Assembly: GCF_009914755.1 (NCBI RefSeq)
Contig: NC_060940.1
Direction: 5' to 3' (one strand)
Length of the DNA: 64,000 nt
From: the human T2T-CHM13v2.0 reference genome, Homo sapiens
A program made the position numbers and the translations under genes. Every line of letters begins with the position of its first letter. The stretch's first letter is position 1. The notes beneath the pieces were generated by a model. It saw only the letters and a list, made by a program, of their open reading frames with translations, had not been told where the DNA came from and ran no database searches. This document shows positions 62,726 through 64,000 of this stretch, piece by piece.

Positions 62726-63753
62726 ACAAATTATTTAGCATAACCATCTTTTCTAGAGGTTGAATACACAGATAAACCACAAGAGCTGGGTATAAAACAT
62801 AGTGATTAAAGCAAGTCCATGTGGTGCAACAGGGATTGTTGGTGACTGGTAAAATGTAAAGTGCATGTTCTGTCAAAAATTACTAAAATAATAATGATAA
62901 TAATAATAATAGCTCTGGCACATACAATATACCTGTGGGTTTTGGGGTTCATAAGCCACCACTTTATAACTGCTATTTGAATCCAATTTTCACTGTAATT
63001 GTTAGAAATAAAGGCCCAGTGAAGGAGAGAAATAATGGCAAAATTCAGATTAGAAGTAGCAGAGTACCCTTCCACTTCACATTCTTTTACTGTCAGCTCA
63101 CAAAATTGTGAAATCTCAGTTATTTACTTACATTTTCTTTTAAAACCAAAGAGGGAAATACCCATATCATCAACCCAGGGAAATAAGTAAAGTAGATGGG
63201 AACAACTAAGAAAGAATCATAAGAAATTAAGTTTCATGAAACGTTTTGTTTTCCCTTTTGGGGAACAGATTCATGCTCCTGGTGAGTGGAACTGTCACAG
63301 AAGGTTAGAGGACAGAAGCCCCATTAGCAGTCTTGCTGACACTAAAGATAAAAAGGGAATAAAATATATAATTTAAAAATCACAAAATACATCATTTCAT
63401 TAGTGCCATATTCAGGGGTTCTCACCTACATCTCAGAAGAACAAGGTATTGATCTGACTATTAAGCTGCAACAATAAAACAATGCTCTATTGACTGGCCC
63501 TGCAGGGTTGCCTAATATTATTTATTGAAGTAAGCTGAATAGCAGAAGGAAAAGCACTGCCTCAGTAATAAGTGGTAATTGCTGGGAAGTGAGGCATTGC
63601 AGTTCTCATTGACCCCTGCATCCTGATATTTTGATGGATTCTATGTAACTCCATTAGGATTGGCATTGTAATATTACACCAGCTCAGCTGTAGAACAACA
63701 GACCTCAGTTTGGATCATTGATTTTTGATTATACAGCTCCTCAGCATATCCCA

Positions 63754-64000
63754 TGCCTTAGTCTATTTCATACTGCTGTAACATAATACCACAGATTGGG
63801 TAATTAAAAATAAACAAAAATTTATTTGGCTCATAGTTCTGGAGCCTGAGAAGTCCAAGAGCATGGCACCAGCATCTGGCAGGGGCCTTCATGCTGCATT
63901 GTCTCCTGGTGAAAGGCAGAAGGCCAAGAGAGGGTGAGAGTGAGAGAGCAAATGGGGCCCAAACTGGCTTTGATGACAAGCTCAGTCTGGTAATAACTAA
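63754..64000 (-). mobile_element. MST (MSTC-like) MaLR LTR, runs off the window
   Basis: tgccttagtctatttcatactgctgtaacataataccacagattgggtaatt...agaagtccaagagcatggcaccagcatctgg. Confidence 0.85.

Overview
This is primate (human-like) non-coding genomic DNA; I cannot name the locus from sequence alone. There is no supportable protein-coding gene, RNA gene or CRISPR array. The only ORFs with recognisable protein similarity are broken LINE-1 ORF2 pieces. The window contains about 10 Alus, several L1/L2/MIR relics, ERV1/ERVL/MaLR solo LTRs, hAT MITEs and microsatellites. From about 12 to 25.5 kb there is no recognisable Alu, L1 or LTR; this stretch holds homeobox-motif-rich blocks and a CpG cluster with a canonical CTCF site, suggesting the regulatory domain of a developmental gene (inference). 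The most striking direct observation is a perfect 65-bp inverted copy of old L1 sequence (37147-37211) inserted into an Alu (35859-35923) with junction microhomology. Other repair or slippage scars lie at 4153-4201 and 50731-50872. I found no evidence of a new multi-gene system. Repeat subfamily names are from memory of consensus sequences, and boundaries of old elements are approximate.
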